This document shows, one piece after another, positions 15,455-31,245 of a stretch of 64,000 bases of DNA (within the stretch, counting starts at the first letter, position 1; every line of letters starts with the position of its first letter). The stretch is taken from positions 620,001 to 684,000 of the forward strand of contig CM022673.1 of NCBI GenBank assembly GCA_012295275.1, read 5' to 3'. The translations under genes and the position numbers were made by a program. The notes under the pieces are model-generated. The model ran no database searches. It saw only the letters and a list, made by a program, of their open reading frames with translations, and was not told the DNA's origin. The stretch comes from Chrysomallon squamiferum. Lineage: Eukaryota; Animalia; Mollusca.

Positions 15455-18303
15455 TTTCTTCTTTTTTTTTTCTTATTGTTATTTTAATTTTACTAACAAT
15501 TTCTTCTTTCTATTTATTGTATTATTTTTCATTTCAGTTTTTCTTCTGCTTCTTCGTGATTTTCTTTTCTTTTACTTTACTCTTTTTCCTCCATGGTTAG
15601 AAACAAATATTGTTACTGACAAAAAACAAAAAACAAATAAATTAAGAGTCATAATTATTTTTGATCCATTAAAACCATACAATTTTAGTTTATGATTATT
15701 TTTTTAAGTATATTAGGTTTTTAGTTTTTATAATGAGAATGCTGAAGAAATACACTTTGCATTGTAGAAAACACTTGAAACAAACCTGCCTCTTAAATTC
15801 CACTACACCAAGATAAAAAAAAAATGTAAAAAAAAAACACCCAAACATTCTGTGTCAACCTACAATTATCCTAAACAAAACGTTTTCAAGAACAAGACAA
15901 AGCCAGGAGAATCACGTGCTAGCTTTCAAACTTAATTCATTTAAATATAACTTTCTACTTTTCATTTGCCCTTTCATCTGTCTTGGGAAAGGGAGATTAT
16001 TGCCCATGATCCTTTCACAACAGGCACATTAGAAAACAAATAACTTCCCAATTGGCCGCAAAGACCATGATTACAATGCCTTCTTGACACTGTATGTGAG
16101 GGATTCGTCACGACGGCAGCTCTTGTCCCTGCACAGGTCTTCAAAGCACAGGGCGCACGGAGGCATCAGAAGAATGCAGCTGTGTAATACATGTAATACC
16201 TAGATCCCAGTTCCAGCCGATTGTCAACAGTACAAGAATGGCTGCAAGATTAGAATGAGGTGTACAAGCTTTAGACACTTACTGCCAATGTGGGTAAAAG
16301 ACAATAATTGCTAATTACATATGCTTGTTTTGTTGAGTGTGATCAGAAGAACCATGGAAGAAAAAAGAATTTAAATCTCTGTTCAAACTTAAATATTTTA
16401 TTTCAATGCTGATTCTTTTTGTTTTCTTACTTTTTCAAAAAAAGAAATGAAGAGAAAAAAGAAAAAAAGTATGTGAATATTTTTTTTTTATTGCTTGATG
16501 AAATGTATCTTTAATGCATATTTAATTTATTACCTGTATGACATATTTTGTTGTTAACTCATCTGGTAAAAAAAAAAAAAAAAAAAAAACCCAGCAATAT
16601 TTCTAATGCCGTAAATAAATACTGACAGGCAGATAACTAAACATTCTCCATTATTCTTATTCTTATTCACCAGTTTATATTCACTTTCTCCCTAACATTT
16701 GGCTCATGATCCAATTTTCTCTCATTCTTACTCACCATTTTAACTCTATCTTATCTTTTACTCATTTTCTTTCTTCTACTTTCACTAATAATTAATGCTC
16801 TCTCTTCACCTCTTACCAATTTTCTGTCTACCTATCTTTCCCTGTCATCTATTACACTTGTTTTTTCTCACTTTTTTCAGTTCTATTATATCCAATGAAT
16901 TAAAACCCTTTTTTTTTTTTTTTTTAAATTTGATATTTATAAATATTACAATAATAATAACAACTAAGAGAATAATCAAGATGAAAAGAATGTACAAACT
17001 AAGATGTCACATGTAAAAAGCAAACAGATGACTGATTACTTTTTACTGTATTCAATCCTTGACAATTTAAAAGGAAAAAAAAAAAAAAAAAAAAAAAAGG
17101 TAAAAAAGGAATAAAAGGAAAGAAAAAAAGAGGAAAAATTAAGACTCTTGATACTGTGAATCTGTGACAATCTGACCCTTCAATCAAATACATCCCTTAG
17201 TGACAGATGGCCATTAGTGCAAATGTTATAAAGTAGGATTTAAACATGCAACAATTCTTGTTAATTCCTAATTGATCAAGAAAAAAAAGTATAAAAAATA
17301 TAAAATGGAAGAAAAGAAAAGAGAAAACTAAAAAGTAAATGAAATAAAAAAAAAGAAAGAAAGAAAAGAAAAAAGAATGATGATAGGATCTGAAAATTAT
17401 TAGTCTGCAGGTTTTACTATTTTTGAAATATATTTTCATATTTTTGACTTTTTTTTAATATTCTATTTATTTTATTTTATTTTTAAAAATGTTTTTATTT
17501 TTATTTTAATATTGTTTGATACTATGATAGATATGTTGATTTATTTTATTTAAGAATTACAATTTTTCTTGATATGTGTGAAGGAAATATTTATCCAATC
17601 AAAATTATTTTTTAGTTTTTAACATTTGATATAACACTGATAATTTTTTATTACATAAAAATATAACATATGACTTTATTAACACTGATACATAAAAGAA
17701 AGAAAGATGAACGATAAGGAAAGTAAATATAACAATAAAAGAATAAAAAAGAAACAGAAAATGAAAATCCAAAAAAACACAAATTTTATTTTCCTTTAAT
17801 TTTCAAACTGAAAATAATTCACTGTTCTTCCAAATAGAAATAAAATATTCTTAATGAAACGTGATATTGATAATAATTGAAAATATTGAATAATAAAAGA
17901 AATGATGCATGTTATGTATGTATATGTCAAGAAAATTCATTATTAGTATTTTGTAAAGCAAAAAAAAAAAAAAATAATAAAATTTATAATGTGTATTTAT
18001 CAAGTCTTATCAGAACAAAACAGATTAACAAGCCAAAGAAAATACTAAATTAATATTAAAAATATTATTAACTAACATTAAAAAAGTAAGAACCATAACA
18101 ATAAGTTTCAAAAAATAAAAAATAAAATAAAAAATAAAAAAATAGGAAAAGAAAAATTAAAGCTCGGAATGTAAGAAGAAAACAGTGTATATACAGAGAA
18201 TCATCTGACAATACTTTGCCATTATACTTAATGTTTTTATGTTGTTGGATGAAATCTTGAACAAAAAAATAAATCAAAATGGAATACAGAAATATATATA
18301 TGT

Positions 18304-18307
<4 letters not shown>

Positions 18308-18356
<49 letters not shown>
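18308..18356. repeat. (AC)n microsatellite
   Basis: Directly visible. Confidence 0.95.
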
Positions 18357-18361
<5 letters not shown>

Positions 18362-21300
18362 AATAACCTTCAAAAATTCAAATACTGATAACATGAAAAG
18401 CTATATTTTTCAAAGTCATTTTGCAGTCCAAAAACTATTGATGTGATAAAAATTAAACTTTAAAAATGTGCAAGCCTTGGAATGGTCAAGCTCTTGTTTT
18501 CCTGGAAAATGACAGAACAATGAGTCATTGATTAAGTGAAATGAAATATACTTCTATTTGTGTTCTGTCTGTACATTGTGTGTAGCTTCTTTACATAATA
18601 ATTAATTACAGAATTAGAGAATCTAGCAATTCCATGGACAGTTGTTTCAGATGCTGACAGGCAATCTTGAAATGGAACATACAGCAGCAAAATTCATTCC
18701 ATGGGTTCTGTCACAACAGAAGAAGAAATTTCTTGCTGAAGTCTACTGGACTTCCTTAAAATGCTAACAGTGATCTACATTTCCTCAAAACGTTCATAAC
18801 CAGTGGGCCTACAGCTATCACCCTAAAACAAAAAACAAATCTTCCCTGTGGAAGTTGCTTCTGTCTTCATGTCCTAAGAAAGCGCAGCTATGGTGGAGTT
18901 ATGTTATAAAGTTATTTGACAGGGTTTTTAATCACAAAAGTGTTGCATAGCATAAATAGCACCCCCAACTATAAGAAAGTTATTCAGGTGCTTAGAAATG
19001 CAGTAAGAAAAAAATACTAACACCTTTAGGCATGTGATTACTGGTATATTCATCATAAACAATACGCCCACCCAGTCTTAATGCCTCATACAATGGGTTT
19101 TGGGAGATTAAGGAGAACATGACAAAGGTGCTGATGGATTCAGTGAAAAAGAGCTTTGCAGACTGTTTTGTAATATGAAACAAATGCTTGCAGAAGTAAG
19201 GTTCTAAGAGCAGTTCTTTGAAGGAGTCTAAGGCACTACTGTCCTAAGTAAACCATATACTTTTTTATTGTAATTTATATCTGGGTACTTTGTGCACAGA
19301 ACTCTAATATATCATAGGTGTGCCCCTTGGTTTAGAATAGTTGTGCTATTATTAAATACCTCTTTTACGTCCTTTTTTTAATATTTTCAATAATATTAGT
19401 TGGAATGAGAAATTGCCCAACAAATACACAAAGAATAAATGATCCTGCCATCCAATTTATTACTATACATATTAAATAAATTACAATAATTAATAAAAAA
19501 AAAAAAAAAAAAAAAATCTCCTTATGTGATAAAGAATTGTAAGTAAATATAATATGTTGAAGACAACAAGCTTAAACCTTTTTTTTTAATTCAGTAATTA
19601 ACTGAGTACTTATAAATAATATCTAATTAGATACACACTTTCTGCCTATTGTTGGAAGGAAAGATATATACTGTTGTACAAAAAAGACATATAAAATTAA
19701 TTATTTCCACTTAACACATACCTCAAAGTTATGTTTTGAAAAAAAATTTAAACTAAAAATTGTATCAGCCACTGTGTAAATGTTTTTAATGTTTACAATA
19801 CCTGCATGAAATAAATCAAACAGCAGAACATGTCTGCAGTTTGTTTAATGAAGATAAGATTGTAAACAGTGTTTAATGTTACAATCAGTTTGTTAAAAAG
19901 AAAGAAAAGAAAAGAAAAAAACAAAAAAAAAAAGAAAAAAAAAAAAGTAATGGCTGGGAATGTAAGAAAAATGAGAACAATGAATAAATGTGTTCATGTT
20001 TAAAGATATCCCAAAGCAAGTGTTACTTTAAAATAAGATGAAATAATTTATTCTAGCTTAGTGGAAGGGAGACAATCATAAAAGGATGTTAGATGTTCAA
20101 ATAAAATAGTCTGCAGATTTTATATAAACCTTATTTCCATTTCTAAGTTTTCTGAAAGACATTTTGTATATACTTTAATGTTTTTGAGTGCTGATAAATG
20201 ATAATAATAGTCCATGGAATACAGAAATAAATTTGTTCAGATTATAAAGTGGTAACTGTTACTAACAACTGGAAAGTTTTAGTTGTTTCACACATATCTA
20301 CATTCAGTGTATATGATACTTAAAAATAATAATAATAACAAAAATAAAAAATAATAATAAACCTCACACACTCACACACACACACACACACAATTATAAA
20401 GTATATTCTAATATTTTCATTAAGCTTAATGCAGAATTCAAAAAGAAATATTTCAAAATATATATTTATTTAATTTTTGTTTATACATTTCTGCATTCTG
20501 ACAGTTTTCTTTTTTCCTTAGGAAGATATAAATTTTACATATTAATGTATGTGATGATTATTCAGACTTTAAAAAACTGAAAACAAACGAGTTTAATTAC
20601 AACTAAAGCCAAGGAATGTACAAATAATTATTATAAACAAAGACTTAGTTAATTCTGATATAATAGAAGGGAGGTAACTACAACTTTACAAATTACTACT
20701 TATTCTACTAGATACACATTCATTGTCTGTGTTTGGGTGTGTGTATAAATTATGTATCATTATGTTTTCATTAGAGTTGATGTATGTGTTTGTGCACATG
20801 TGTATGTGTGTATTTGTTTATGCATAAGTAGATTTCTATATTTTGCATGTATATGTATGTGTCTGAAATCCTTTTTTAATATTTATTTGTATTTTATTTT
20901 TGGGAGGCCTGTATACAAAATGTATTTATATTCTTTACAGATTACGTAAGGTGGGAGAATTTATTTAATGTTCTGCCAACAGGTAAATTAAATAAATATG
21001 ACCTCTTTATTTCATCACTGAATACCTGTGTCTTCTTCTATTTCTAAAAGCCAGCAGAATAATTGTTATTCAACAGAAGTGATGCATAACATCTACTATA
21101 CACAATGTGAGTTGAAATTTCTAGGCCAGAAAACTTTTCAAAAATTATTAAGACTTTAAATGAAAATAAATACAATAAACTGGGAAACAAACCATACTTT
21201 AAATCAATTTATTATAGATTCTCTCTTTATATCAGTGTATCTGTTTGTAAATATGTACTTTATATTCAACTGAATGTTATATATATATAAATAGATATGC

Positions 21301-21919
21301 AGACAGACAGAGATGACACAAAAATTATTATTACTTTTTTTTATCTTTTGTTTTACATTTAAATAAACATTTTCTTCCTGAATAAATTACCAGTCTTTAG
21401 AAAAATACTTTAATGCATACTTTCATTATTTGATGTGGCAGCACTTTTCATGATTACTGATAGGCACAAATACACTTTCGTTTACATTTACTGCCTCAAA
21501 TATTTTTGGAGCTTTGATTTTTTTTTTTTTTTTTTTTTTTAAACGAAACAATTGTTGTTATCCCCATAATTTAAATAACAGAGTATCTTATAAATTAAAT
21601 AATAATAGATTTTACTGTTATCATCATATAACCACCTTGACACAGGATCCTACCTGTTGCAAAACATGTAATATAGGTATACATTTCTGCTGTAGTAATT
21701 ATCAGTCACAGAACATGATACATCACATAACTGTTTACGCATCAGGGGCATAATGTGGTTTATTCACATGAACAATATACAATATCACAGTGTTTGAATC
21801 TCAACACTGAAACATGACTGAAATTTCATTATGGTGTGTTGCTGAATGAATAAAGGAAGGAAGAAAGGAAGGAATGTAGGAAATGAATGAATGAATAAAC
21901 TGAATGTATTAATAAAATA

Positions 21920-22160
21920 AATGAAGGAAAAAATATTTAACAATATCTTAAATCATTCTCATATTTTTCATTTACAATTTTTGTTTTTCTTTAAATCATT
22001 ATATCATTAGCAATAAATGATCTTTTATAATCATTTTAATCTAGATAAAAACATAGATATACAAAAACTTCTGAAAATAGAGTAAAGGAGGGAATAGCAC
22101 TTTATACAATGGGAACCCCAACCCCCAACCTGTCATGTATCAGGACACCACTATCCACAA
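21920..22160 (-). mobile_element. Highly decayed SINE copy (tentative)
   Basis: cattagcaataaatgatcttttata resembles 31194 tattagcagcaaggttcctttata. It is preceded by a GAAG/GAAT-type simple tail. Confidence 0.3.
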
Positions 22161-24741
22161 ACTGTTCATCATTATTGTAGTCAGTAAAGAAAGGATATCA
22201 ATAAAGAGAAAAAACATAAGCCAAGTTTAAAATCTGTTTATGAATTATTCGCATGTTAACATACATTATATCATAGGTATGCTAATTTTAATATATTCAA
22301 GGTTTTTATTCTTTCTTTATAAATACTATTTCAAAAATTGTATTTATTTATTTATTTTGTTAGTTATTTTGTTACAGTTAGTTATTATGGACAGTGTCAG
22401 GCATAAATGGTCAAAAGTTTACATTTCAAATTCAACTTTAAAAAAGAAAAAAGAAATTGCAGGATACAATTTTTATAACATGTTATAATTACCAAATAAC
22501 TAAATGTCTGGATGCATACCTGAACAGTACATGAATATTCCTATATAGACATTCTCAGATACAACCACATATACACACAAGATACACACGCACTTAAATA
22601 TATCAATACACATTATTCATATAAAATAGAAAAGTCTAATAATCGAAACAAAGATAAAAATACACAAAATCTCTTTTTCATTCTGACTTAAACAAAAAGA
22701 AAAATTCTCATAATATCTGCTGGCATTGAAATAAAACATCAACAGTAGACCTGCATTCTATCAGGGCAATTTAATTTGATCCTTAAATCAGTAGAACAAA
22801 CAAGGAAAGACAGCCATGAGCTTGAAAACAAAGCTGTGTAAATAGGTGATAAACATTAAATATTTTACACATTAACGAAGAGTACAGCAAACTGGAACTC
22901 AGATAGGCTGGCTTGTTGTTGATGATGATTTGTTTAGAGAGAAGGTAGATTGTGGCCTCGTTGGGTTTATGTTCTAGTCATTCAGTATATCCAGTGAAGA
23001 AGATAAATTATCTATGACTCAGCCTATAAAGGAATTAATGGTTCCATAAGGCAATGAGGCAGAAGGCTGTTATATATTAAAATATCAGTCATAGTGGCAT
23101 CCCACAAGATACATGTTTGGATGTCATGGATGTAAATAAGATTTTTAATAACGATATATTTATAAGGTGGCCAGTTATTAGTTAAAATAAGTTAACTGGA
23201 ATAATAGTTCTAATGTTGTTAAAATAATGATGTAATCTATCAGATATGCCTAAAAATCATTGCTATTATATCCAGAAATGCTCATAATTTCCATCTAGAA
23301 GGTAACAAGTAACAATAATTAAAAGACCAGTAAATCAATAATGTATAAAACAAAATTATGTGTATTAATGAATATATGAAGCTGTTTTGGTGATGAAGCC
23401 CATACAAACAGGAAGGAATATCAGGGATGTAAATATATTTAGTAACTACTGTTCCATGATGGCAAATTAATAAAATATAGGCCTATAAGGTATCTATAAA
23501 TGAATGCCTGTCAGTCTATTAGGTCAATGGCAGTATTATATGAGAAGCATCAGCAAGACAATGAAATCAGTAAATTAATGATATGCCTCTAAATCTGTGA
23601 CATAATTAGTCAGTATGTCAGTTAATTTAGCATTGTAATAGAGCAGTATCTAATGAAGTCTCAGTATGATTCAGTCAAGGTAATAAATCAATGAAATTAC
23701 AGTCATGTCAAATAAAGCTTGATACACAGGAAATAACCAATTAGTAATAATATACTGATAATTAAATGAAATCAGCCATTGAGCAAAATAACCTATTAAT
23801 AATATAAATTTTAATAGTCCCTTGAGCAATGAATATTACCTAAATAAAAATATCCATACAATTAATACCATTATTATAAAAAGAATCAATTTGGTCATAG
23901 AGTGAGGCTTTCAGGAAAATTATTTCATTCTGTCAAAGCTTTGGAAAGGTTATCTGACATTTCACTTTACACCAAGTATTAAGTTCTCTAACTTTGGGAA
24001 GAGATGAACACATCAAATAGATCTATGGTATCAAAAGTAATAATCAACAAGCATATAAATATAAGAATGTAATTGTTCAAACAATAAAGCTGATACTTGT
24101 TTAATACTATCATGGCCAAATGTTTAAGACCACAAATTTAAATTTGGTCTTCATTGCTGGAGTTAGTTTGTGGACCAGTTTATATGATTTCAAATTGAAT
24201 TCTTCAATATCAACAAGTTTTCCATATTGTAATGTTTATGCCTTTGGTGAACAACACCAAGTGAATTTTCTTGCTTCATCGTACTGGTGATCGCACTGCA
24301 AATCTCCTTAACATTTTATGGTCTCAGGCTGTTATTTATCTCAGTCATCCCTACCTTTTCTGATCTGAATAGCAGCCATAATTCCTAAATTTCAAGACTG
24401 CACTGTGAACACTATACTTACAACATTTCATTTTTTTTTTTCACTATGCATTGTGTTAAGCCATTATAAAGGATCACTATCTGAGCTTGCTTAACTTCAT
24501 CATTTTGATGCACTCTCAGATAAAACAGAAAATGATGTCAATATGTCAGAATCAGTGATAGAACTGTTTGGATTTACTTTAAAGAAATCTTTTCATATGA
24601 AAATGAAGACTGCTACCATCTTCAAAAAAGTTTCATTTTTAGAAATTTTAAATTCTTTTATTTTAGGGATGGTCTTAAATTTTCAGTCACAACTATAAAA
24701 TTCCAAAATAACTGATTTAATTGGAAACAATTATAAATGAA

Positions 24742-24803
<62 letters not shown>
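24742..24803. repeat. poly-T followed by (GT)n
   Basis: Directly visible. Confidence 0.95.
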
Positions 24804-24804
<1 letters not shown>

Positions 24805-27044
24805 ATTCGTTTTATATATAAAAAAGCAAGCTGTACAAACTTGATGCTGTTCAATCAAAAGTGTCTGTTATGTGCATGCAAACTCTTCTTTCAATTTATA
24901 ACAACATATTTCTAAAATTAATTCTTTTATACATCTGTAGTGATTGCTCAATTCGCCTTGCAGCTGTTAGTAACAATAACAAGAGACAGCATTACACTGC
25001 AAAAATATAATAAAAAGGAGTTATTCTGAAAAAAAATAAAAATAATATAATGTAGCACCATGGGCACATCAATTCACTACCAAGAAATAAATAAAAAAAA
25101 ATATAATAAAATAAAAAATTCATAATAAAAAGAAACGAGCCTGTGTAAATGACAGGACATTGAATGTATGGCGGCACAGTTGATGCATTCAGAGTTTGGG
25201 CCATTTTTAAACCCAATTTCTAAACTGAATTTTATAAATGAAAATTAAGCATTGTGTATTTTGAATTGTTGATCTCAGCAGGTCCTACAAGGTGAATCAT
25301 CCACGGTCTGCTGCCTCGAAGAATAACAACAGACTGACATGCAACACTGATCCCCTTGATACCAACAAGCACAAATAACTCTTTTCACAATGACATTGTA
25401 AAGTCAACATAAAGATAGAATATTGTTAAATGATCCATCAAGTTGTAATTTTCCTTTTTTCAATACGTATGCTATGTAATGAAAAATACATATATGTAGT
25501 CAGAGAGAGAGAGAGAGAGACAGAGAGAGAGAAAGAGAGATACACAGAAAGAAACAGAGCTTATCATGTTATCACCAGGCACCTAGGTGATATTACTTAT
25601 ATTAAACCACATACTTCTATTGTTATATTGCAACATTAATATTAAAATTCCCATGCTCTGCAGTCCAAGGTCATTATAATTGAATAAATATCCCATTAAA
25701 TTTAACTATTTCAGTTAGATGTTGAATATCAAGCATATTAAAAGATTTGGTATGTACAGCCTAGACAGGCAGAATCAACTTCATTTTCATTTAATTATTT
25801 CCTACTCTTCCTTCCTTCTTTCTTTCTTTTAAAAAAAAAATAAAAAATTTCATTTAAGAACAAATTTCCAATATTAATTATCAAAAAGTTATAAGAGGTG
25901 CACAAATAGGAATATGAAATTAAAGTTTATAATCTGCATACCCATTAAGTATCATCAAACAATATCATCATTATTTTACCTAATTATTCCACTGCATAAT
26001 AATATTAATCATTATATTGTTATTTAATAAGACTCCTATTTTATAACACAAGAAGAGCAGCAATTTGGACATGCTAAACTTTATTAATAAGTTGATCAAG
26101 TGAACCATCATCAAGCAGTCTCTTAAATAATTAATAATACATGTATATTATTCTAAAAACATCCTTAAAATCTGAAATTTAAGTAAATGCAAAACTATCA
26201 TTTGCTTTCTTGTCTAGGTTGCTGAATATCTGTGAAAGGTAAAACATGGGACAAGAAAAACATTATAAATAAATGTCCCAAAAGAAAATATAAGTAATGA
26301 TTCTGTTATTCAAACAAAAAGATAATTATGGCAAGAAGAAATGAAATGAATTTCAGCAGAGTTGAGAGTGAACATAGCAGGAGTATGAGAGACAGAATCA
26401 AAACGTTAAGTAAGAAAAAGAGTGAGAAGAGAAAAAAAGGAAGGATAATAGGAGACATGCATGTTACTTGAGATGTAAATTAATGCAAATCTTTCCACTT
26501 TGTTGCTGAAGCCATCAGTGAGAAACAAGCCCAACAGCAGCAAGCCCAACAGTAACAATCGGAACAACATTTCTATTAGATGTGTCAAGATAAATTTATT
26601 TATTTTAACAATGCATGTAAACTTTAACATACAAGAAGGTATACAGTAACACCAGGTAAGTATTAGATATGGTATTATTTCCCAACAGACTAAAACTATG
26701 ATGTTGACAATCATTTTGTTGTCTCCAACTGAGCTGTATTATACTTAGCAAACAATAGGGACTCCTGGAGTCTGCAATATGCAGTCAAGTGCAGCAAAAG
26801 TGGCATTGTCCATGAGAGAAGATGGTGACACAGCTCTTTGTACAAGACAATCACACCTCTATGCAACATACAGACACATTAAGTTGATATTCCAGCTGCC
26901 AGATTAAGGCCTTGACACTGTCTGTCTGGTGGATTTCTGTTTGTCTATCTTTCTCACTCAAGTTATTATTTGTCTGTCCATATTTTTGTATTTAAATTAA
27001 TCTGGTTACATCTACATTAGTCACTGTCCACTGTTGGTTGGTCA

Positions 27045-27075
<31 letters not shown>

Positions 27076-27211
27076 ATTCATTGTTGACTTCTGTTAACCC
27101 ATTATATACCTATAACCCTCTATCCAAAAGTCTGTCTGTCAGTTTAACACAATTCTCATTTTATAACATCCTTCATTTTTAAACACTCAACTGTCAAATC
27201 AAGAATTTATT

Positions 27212-27251
<40 letters not shown>

Positions 27252-28034
27252 ATATATTTTTTACCTATTTAAAAAGTAAGAGAAAAAATATATTTAAATA
27301 AATAAAAAGGGGGAAAAAAATGTTGGATAAATATTATTGTGCAATTTAGCATAACACATTTGTAATACATTAAGTGGAGCATAAAATTATTAAAGGTAAT
27401 AACATATTAGTGTTAGCTTTTTTTTTCTTCTTTTTTTTACATCAAGCTCTGGCCGACTTACAAAACAGACCATGAAGTAGTAATTTAAAATATATTAAAC
27501 ATTTTTTTTAAAAGTGACTCACAAGTGACTGGTATCATATGTACATTAACCAGCTGGTTTCAGTATGTTAACTGACTGAAAAATGTTTCATTTGACATAT
27601 ACAGGTCTTCCTCTCCACAAACATTTGTTCCTTGATCCTTGTCACAAGTTAACCTTTTATATGGTAACTTTACTAAATTGTTTTTATTTATTTTCTTCAT
27701 CATTTATGTAGATGTAATCAAGCAAATCAAACAAAGATTATGCATTATTCTTTTATACAGCTTCAGCAAGTTACTTCTTTACTATTATTATTATTATTAT
27801 TATTATTATTTTTTTTTTTTTTTTTTTTTTAATAAAAAACACAATACAATAAGCAAATGTGTAATACAATGAATGTTAAAAAAATGGCGATGGGCTAAAT
27901 TAAATCTACTATAGTCATCTAACAAATCTGAAAAACATTTTTTTTTTTCATTTCATGCAGAAAAGAAACAGTATCCAAAAAGATATGCTTGAATGATTTT
28001 ATCATCAATATAAGACAAAACTTCCAGTACCCAT

Positions 28035-28125
28035 ATTCATCAAATATTACACAAAATTTGATCTAATAAACATTTTGCTAATACCAAAAATTCTGTATGT
28101 GCACCCATTCATTAAATTGTTCTAA

Positions 28126-28162
<37 letters not shown>

Positions 28163-28575
28163 TAATATCTTTAATATCATTAACATTTAATTTTTCCCAA
28201 ATTATCAAATATTACACCAGAAATAAATTTAACCACCATTTTAAAGTATTGTATTTAACAGTCATAAAAAAACTGATGAATGTTATTATTCCCTAATTAC
28301 TGAATATTAAAGCAGAAATTAGCCTAGTTACCATTTTTAATCTGTGGTATGTATCATGAATCACCCACTCATTCATTAAACTGTGGTATTTAGCAGCCAT
28401 AAATGATTTTGTTAAATACAATAATTAATATTTTATTATTCCCTTATATCAAATATTACTGCAGATACTGCTCTTATTACTCATTTTGAGGGCCCCATGT
28501 TTTATTTCTGCCTGAATTTAAAAGTCATGAAAGATATTATTATTATCTTTAACATTTTATACCCTTATTATTGTA
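28035..28575. repeat. Degenerate tandem array with embedded (AC)n
   Basis: Recurrent tcaaatattac, ttattattccct, cattcattaaa and tgtggtat units; (AC)n at 28127-28161. Confidence 0.6.
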
Positions 28576-30744
28576 ATCAGAAGATATACTATAATAATAC
28601 ATATTTTGTGTAAATAAATATTTTACGTTTTCAAACTGTTTTTGCCTATTTATATTTAAAAAAAAAATTTTTAATAGATTTATGTAATAATAATAATATA
28701 AAACAATAATTTGTTTACAGCAAAATATAAATAAAGAAATAAATACCTTTTTATTTATTAATTATTCTAACATGCATTATTTTAATATTCTTAAATTAAA
28801 TTTTAAATTAAGAATTAATAATACAAAAACAAAAATAAATATATATACACACACACATATTTTAATATTTATAACAGAGAAATATGAACAATTGCTTCAT
28901 TCAATTACTTCAATTTAAAAAGGTCATGTACAAATACTCACAGCTATACATTACAATATAAGTAATATCTCCTTCAGTTTATAAAATATGAATGGAAGTA
29001 GGCTGTTATCATAATGCCTAACATCAATTTGCATGACACTGCTTGCTAATGTCACATAACAAATTTCACAAATTTAACACCTTTTTTAAATTTGTTACAA
29101 AGAAAATTCTTGGCTTTTCTATTCACAGAGAATTATTTGAAAAGCCAGAGAAATTCATTAATAAAGTATTTTTGTTAAATCCTTTTCTTATTAATTAATT
29201 GCAGGTAAAAAGACAAAGAAAAAATGTGATAATGTCCAACAAGCAGTGGTTGATACTATAAAGAACATTACATGATAAATATTCAGTTCTTAACCTTAGC
29301 CATTGACAAGTGAAAAGCAAATTAATTTAATTAATTTTAAGACATATTAAACCCAATACATTCATGTTCACCTTTCCATCAAAGTAATTATTTTTTAAAA
29401 TGACAATAAAAGGTTTTAAAATAGTAATAAACTGAAAGGTTTATGCAAATTTTCATCAAACATCCTGAATATTACATTGAAAAAAAGTTTCATATTCATC
29501 ACAATGACACTATATTTCTAAAACTAACAAAACACATGTCAGACTATCATACAGATGACATTTGAAGGTGAGGTTCTTTTACAAAATGTTTAAAAAATTT
29601 ATAATATAAAAAAATATTTTATATTATAATATGGTGCAAAGACATTTTATTCAGCATAAAATTGTTTTTAAAAAGACCTAAATTATACATATTTGCCCAT
29701 ATCCAATATAGTATGCATGTGATAAATATTAAATAAAAATAATTAAATATATGAAATCTCTCTTTCTCTAAACATCCCAACTCCTGGGTTTCTATTTGAA
29801 TTATTACTAAATACACAAGTAATGCTGTAATCTGTTACAACAATTTCATTCCAGAAAATACACTGACTGCATTAGTTTAATGAAATTACAATTTATTAAT
29901 TTCTCAATATGGTTATTAAATTTACTGAAATTGCTTTCCATTTAAACCCATTTTAATTTTAGTGATAAAATCCTGATGCCTATGTTAAGTATACATATGC
30001 ATGTGTGCATGTTTGTTTTTATGATTATCAACAGAATTATCATTACTGCTATCCTATCATCATCACTCTAACTATCCTCTTTTTTTATTTATTTTTTTTA
30101 TATCTTGTTAAAATTTTATATTATGTTAATTTCAATTCTTCAACACACTTCCATCTACAGGCACCTAAAACTTGTTAAGGTCAATTTTTTAAACTTGCTA
30201 AGCTCATTTCTTATAACTTTATTTTCAGCTAGCCTAACAATAGAATGCTCTGATAACATGAAGATAGGAAGTGCATTGTGCTAACAACAATAGATGTTAA
30301 AAGACAATGGTTTAGTAGAGGGGTAACTGTCATACAATGCTAGCTATCATAATCCACCACTCCTGTTTTATTTCTCAACAAAGCTTTGGGTTCACTAGGC
30401 TTGGTTGTCAACTGTGGCTTGTCAGGTGATAGAAGCAATATTATTCACCATCTTATCATGCAAGAATTGCAAGAAAATTCTCACAAAAGGTACACACAAT
30501 TTAGATACATCTTGATAGTTCCAAAGAAAATACTGACCTTTATCAGTTTTGATATAATTCAATCAGTAAATAAGTATCATATGTAAGTCAGATTTCTGTG
30601 TGCCTAAGTGATTTTATCTGTGAATCAGAAAGTATTCGCACATATGTATTTATAGGACTATATACACATATATCCATGTATACATGGTATGTAAGTGTGT
30701 GTGTATATATCTATATATATGTGCTTGAATATTTGAATATATTC

Positions 30745-30825
30745 ATAATTAAAAAAGAGTAGAGTACAGTGTTATGTCAGGAGGTTTCTTTTCATTATAT
30801 GTATGGTCTTTAAATCACTGCATGA
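30745..30825 (+). mobile_element. Decayed SINE fragment
   Basis: aaaaaagagtag...ggaggtttcttttcattatatgtatggtctttaa resembles the 3' half of the 31600-31810 copy. Confidence 0.35.
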
Positions 30826-31069
30826 GGACATATAAAACCTCTACATCTACATATTTATTTTATGTTTTTTTAATTAATTATCTAAACAGATTATTAGCAC
30901 CAAGTCAGAATTTGTGAAGATTCTGTCAGTACCTATATACATAAAAAAAAGTTATAGCAATAATCCAATTGTTTCTTATAATAATCATATTAAACTAAAT
31001 GAATTGGCAAATTGAACTATTTTATCTTGAATGGAAAGGGTCTGGAAGTAACAGTTTCAAGGAAAGAAT

Positions 31070-31245
31070 AATTTTGTTTAATTTAAAGATTCATTAAACA
31101 CATTTTTAATCAATTCTTATATGGCTCATACATAAGGACTATATAAATAATGGGAAGAAATTAACTTCTGAAGCTGATGGGCTATTTGTTTTCTATTAGC
31201 AGCAAGGTTCCTTTATATTCATGTTTAAAAACTAGAATAATATAT
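31070..31245 (-). mobile_element. Decayed SINE copy (reverse orientation)
   Basis: The reverse complement of ~31190-31223 (catgaatataaaggaaccttgctgctaata) aligns with 31658-31690 (catgcatataaaagaaatgttgcagctact). Confidence 0.55.

Noticed and set aside
18932-18950. tcacaaaagtg-ttgcatag contains both halves of miR-153
   Set aside because: The halves are in swapped order and there is no precursor hairpin, so this is coincidence. I recognised no conserved microRNA hairpin in the window.
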